Under the pieces are notes generated by a model. That model was not told where the DNA came from. It worked only from the letters and a program-made list of their open reading frames with translations, and did no database searches. Shown here piece by piece: positions 60,950 through 64,000 of a DNA stretch of 64,000 nt (positions are counted from its first letter, which is position 1; every line of letters begins with the position of its first letter). Made by a program: the position numbers and the translations under genes. The stretch is from Takakia lepidozioides (Eukaryota > Plantae > Bryophyta): contig CM060732.1 of the NCBI GenBank assembly GCA_030704615.1, forward strand, positions 52,638,001-52,702,000, read 5' to 3'.

Positions 60950-63420
60950 GTTCATATGAGTTCTTGGTGATGTCTTTTGGGCTCACTAACACACCCGCGA
61001 CCTTTAACACGCTAATGAACAGCCTTTTCCAGGAGTCGTTGGACGACTTTGTGATCGTGTACATCGACGACATCTTGGTGTACTCGAAAACAAAGGAAGA
61101 GCACCTGGAGCACCTAAAAAGGGTGTTCCAAAAATTGCAGGAATGGAAGCTGTATGCCAAAGCTTCAAAGTGCAATTCGGGATCACAAAAGTGGAGTTCC
61201 TAGGGCATATGATTACACAGAATGGGATCAAATTGAATGACAGAAATGTGAGGGCGATCTTGGACTAGGAGCCTCCGACTTCGGTCCCGGGAGTGCGATC
61301 CTCCCTAGGATTCGCCTCCTATTACCGAAAGTATGTGAGAAATTTTGCCAAAATCGCGAGGCCGCTGTCGGACCTTTTGTGGAAGTCAAAGGTATGGGTA
61401 TGGAACACCTTTTGTGGCAAGCTTTTGCCGAGTTGAAGCAGCAGATGGCGGAAGCTCCAGTCCTGAATATCCCGGAGTTCGATCGTCCATTTGAGATTCA
61501 TACAGATGGGTCGGACTTCGCAATTGGGGGTGTGCTCATGCAGGATGGACGTCTAGTGGCTTACAAAAGTAAGAAACTGCATGAAGTGGAGCGACGGTGG
61601 CCTACGCACGAGAAAGAAATAAAGACGGTGGTGAATTGCCTTGAGCTTTGGCGACACTATGTTGGTTCTAACCCGGTGAAGTATTTTGTCACGCAACCTA
61701 AGTTGTCCCCAAAACAACTTAGGAGGTAAGACATTTTGGCAGTGTTCGACGTGGATATCCAGTACAAACCGAGATGGGACAATGTGGTGGCCGATGCTTT
61801 AAGTAGAAAGCAGCAGCTCATGTTGGTATACAAGGGCGAGACGGCGCCCCAAAGAAAGATCCGGAAGGCTTACCGGAAGGATGAGATGGCGAAGTCCGTG
61901 ATGCGGGACTTGAAGATGGGGGTTAAATCGCAGTTCCACTTGCACAATGGACTGCTCCGGTACAAGCAAAGGCGCCTCTACGTGCCGAAGGGAGGGATCA
62001 GGGATAGTCTCTTGAGATAATGTCACGATGGCCCGCTTGCGGGCTACGGCGGAGCCAAGCGCATCGCGGCACTCTTGAAGAAAGAGTATTTATGGCCTAA
62101 ACTGACGAAGGAGGCCGAGGAGTATGTCAAGACATGCACCACGTACCAACAAAACCGGAGCGAGTACAAAAAGCAAGCGGGGCTGTTACAACCCTTGCCG
62201 ATTCCAGAGGGGTATTGGGAAAGTGTCTTGATGGATTTCATGACTGTTATGCCGCTATCAAAAGGATTCGATGGAATCATGGTGGTGGTAGATAGGTTCA
62301 GTAAAATGGACCATTTTCTCCCCACTAAGGAGACTGCAACGGCGTAGGACACGGGGCGACTTTACTTCGCCCACGTCTTCAAGCATCATGGACTTCCAAA
62401 TGATATTGTCTCGGACCGCGATCCAAAGTTTACAAGTAAATTTTGGAGGGCACTTTGGAATAAAATGGGGACGAGACTCAAGATGAGCACCGCCTTCCGA
62501 CCTACGACGGATGGCCAAACGGAAAGAGTAAATTTCGTGGTGAAGCAGATCTTGCGGAATTATGTGTCGGCAAACCAATCAGACTGGGTGGAGCACTTGG
62601 ATGCGGCAAAGTTCTGTTATAATAACACAAAACACTTCGCAACGGGAGTTTCCCCTTTCGTATTGGTCTATGGAAAGGCACCTCTAGTGCCGACAAGTTG
62701 GGTCGCCCAGGACGTTGAGGAACCGGCAGCAGCAGCGGTGCTGGAAGAATGCGAGCGTTTGTTAAAGCTCGCAAAGTACAACATTGCCAAAGCTAGGAAA
62801 CGGTATGAACGGCAGGCGAATCGGAAGCGGAGGGAAATTAAGTTTGAGGCAGGCACGGAGGTTTGGTTGAACATCAAGAATTTTTTACTACCTCCAGAAG
62901 TGAGTCCGAAGTTCGTACCTCCGTATGCAGGGCCATTTTGCATCCGGAAGGTTATGAATGAGGATGTGTATGAATTGGAGCTGCCGGCAAAGAGCAAGGT
63001 GCATCCGGTATTCCACGTCTCCATTTTGAAGCCTTACTTCAAAGATGAAGCGCGTCTGAATCGGCATCAAGTGTTGCGTCCGCCACCTGTGCTGTTGGAT
63101 CATGAAAATGAACCTGAGTACGAGATAGAGGTTGTGCTTAAGTCGAGGAGGTGTTGGTAGTAGTGAGACGGACACAAAAAAGGCAGGAGGTTCTACTATA
63201 TAGAGAAGGATGAAGAGAGTTGTTTGGGAAATAAAGAGAGTAGTGGTGAAAATTCAGTAGAAAAAATAAAATAAAATGAGAGTTTTCTAAAGCGTTGTTT
63301 GAAAGAAGTTAGACAAAGTAGCAAAGACATGATGACAAGTATGAAAGTTACCGTAAGACATCAAAATAGCTTTATTGATGTCAATGCAAGAAACAATGAA
63401 GGTACTAGCTGACAAGTTCT

Positions 63421-64000
63421 AGTCTCAATTACTATCAGGACATGGTACTGGCCGGTCATGAGGAAATGCCTCAGAGATGATTTTTATCTTCCATGTATTC
63501 CACGGAGTTTTGGCAATGCTATTTCTTCTTTCTGCTAATTCTTTTGCACTTTTTCCATGAGATTGCATAACAATTTCGTACCTTTTGGCTGCATCTTGTT
63601 TCATTCTCTCAAGATATTCTCTTGCATCTACGTCAATCCCATTGAGATTTTGCCTTGAACTTTCAGCTATATAGCTCTGCTTTCTACAGTTGATTGTCTG
63701 CGTATAGTTGTATGCATGGAATCATGAACCTTTGCTTGTGCCTCAGCCAACCACTCATCATTAAATGTGTCACCATGGAGAGTGCACATGTTGTTAAAAC
63801 AATACATGCCCCCACAATGTCTGGAACCATCTCAAGGTTTACATCCATTCTCTTCAAAATTCTCAAACGCCCCTTGAGCAAGCCAAAACTCCTCTCTACA
63901 CACATTGGTGCTACTCTGAATGAAATTCCAATGACACTCTTCTCTTGAAAGGCCATCTTTATGGCCCTGAATGGTGGAAACATCCATGGGCGTGCAGGAT
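63421..64000 (-). mobile_element. PIF/Harbinger transposase 3' part, frameshifted; continues beyond the window
   Basis: PARPWMFPPF...MCVERSFGLLKGR.RILKRMDV...IVGACIVL (DDE_Tnp_4-type C-terminus); 63170-63422 on + may be the tail of the companion ORF. Confidence 0.85.

Larger units (their letters stand above)
56778..63160 (+). mobile_element. Decayed Ty3/gypsy LTR retrotransposon (chromovirus), 3'-truncated
   Basis: 5' LTR, PBS, gag (LRGYAQQWW, zinc knuckle FNCGEPGHMAKKC), protease (VDTRASHSF), RT (SPYGAPVLF, YIDDILVYS), RNase H (HTDGSDFAIGGVL), integrase (VVVDRFSK, SDRDPKF, DGQTERVN, YAGPF) and chromodomain start (EYEIEVVL); many stops and frameshifts; no 3' LTR. Confidence 0.95.

Overview
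Eukaryotic land-plant nuclear DNA with intron-rich genes. The style of the PLS-DYW PPR repeats and of the Harbinger transposase suggests a bryophyte, probably a moss (inference only). The first ~47 kb is gene-rich: the 3' end of a PLS-DYW RNA-editing PPR gene, an 8-exon NDA-type alternative NADH dehydrogenase, a complete 27-motif PLS-E-DYW gene, two tandem secreted purple acid phosphatases of the PAP1/24/27 (nucleotide pyrophosphatase) type, a divergently transcribed signal-peptide PLD3-like gene, complex I subunit NDUFB7, and two of three At4g22030/PIG93-like genes (the third lies at 54.8-56.0 kb). The last ~17 kb is mostly decayed transposons: a chromovirus Ty3/gypsy element carrying clean nested CACTA and hAT insertions, a second gypsy remnant, Mutator-like MITEs, a Harbinger fragment and DYW/PPR pseudogene pieces. 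Four observations stand out. (1) The PAP-PAP / PLD3-like genes share a divergent promoter with clustered P1BS motifs, a candidate nucleic-acid phosphate-scavenging module. (2) A tail-less RTE-X-like LINE family has left eight insertions, five of them only 17-30 bp with 9-18 bp target duplications, mostly at CT-rich sites. (3) The PIG93-like proteins resemble tandem SLATT-type two-TM domains and show a sharp gene-conversion tract. (4) The PPR array was extended by a register-preserving 711-bp duplication and has an almost all-U recognition code. All coordinates and counts were read by eye.
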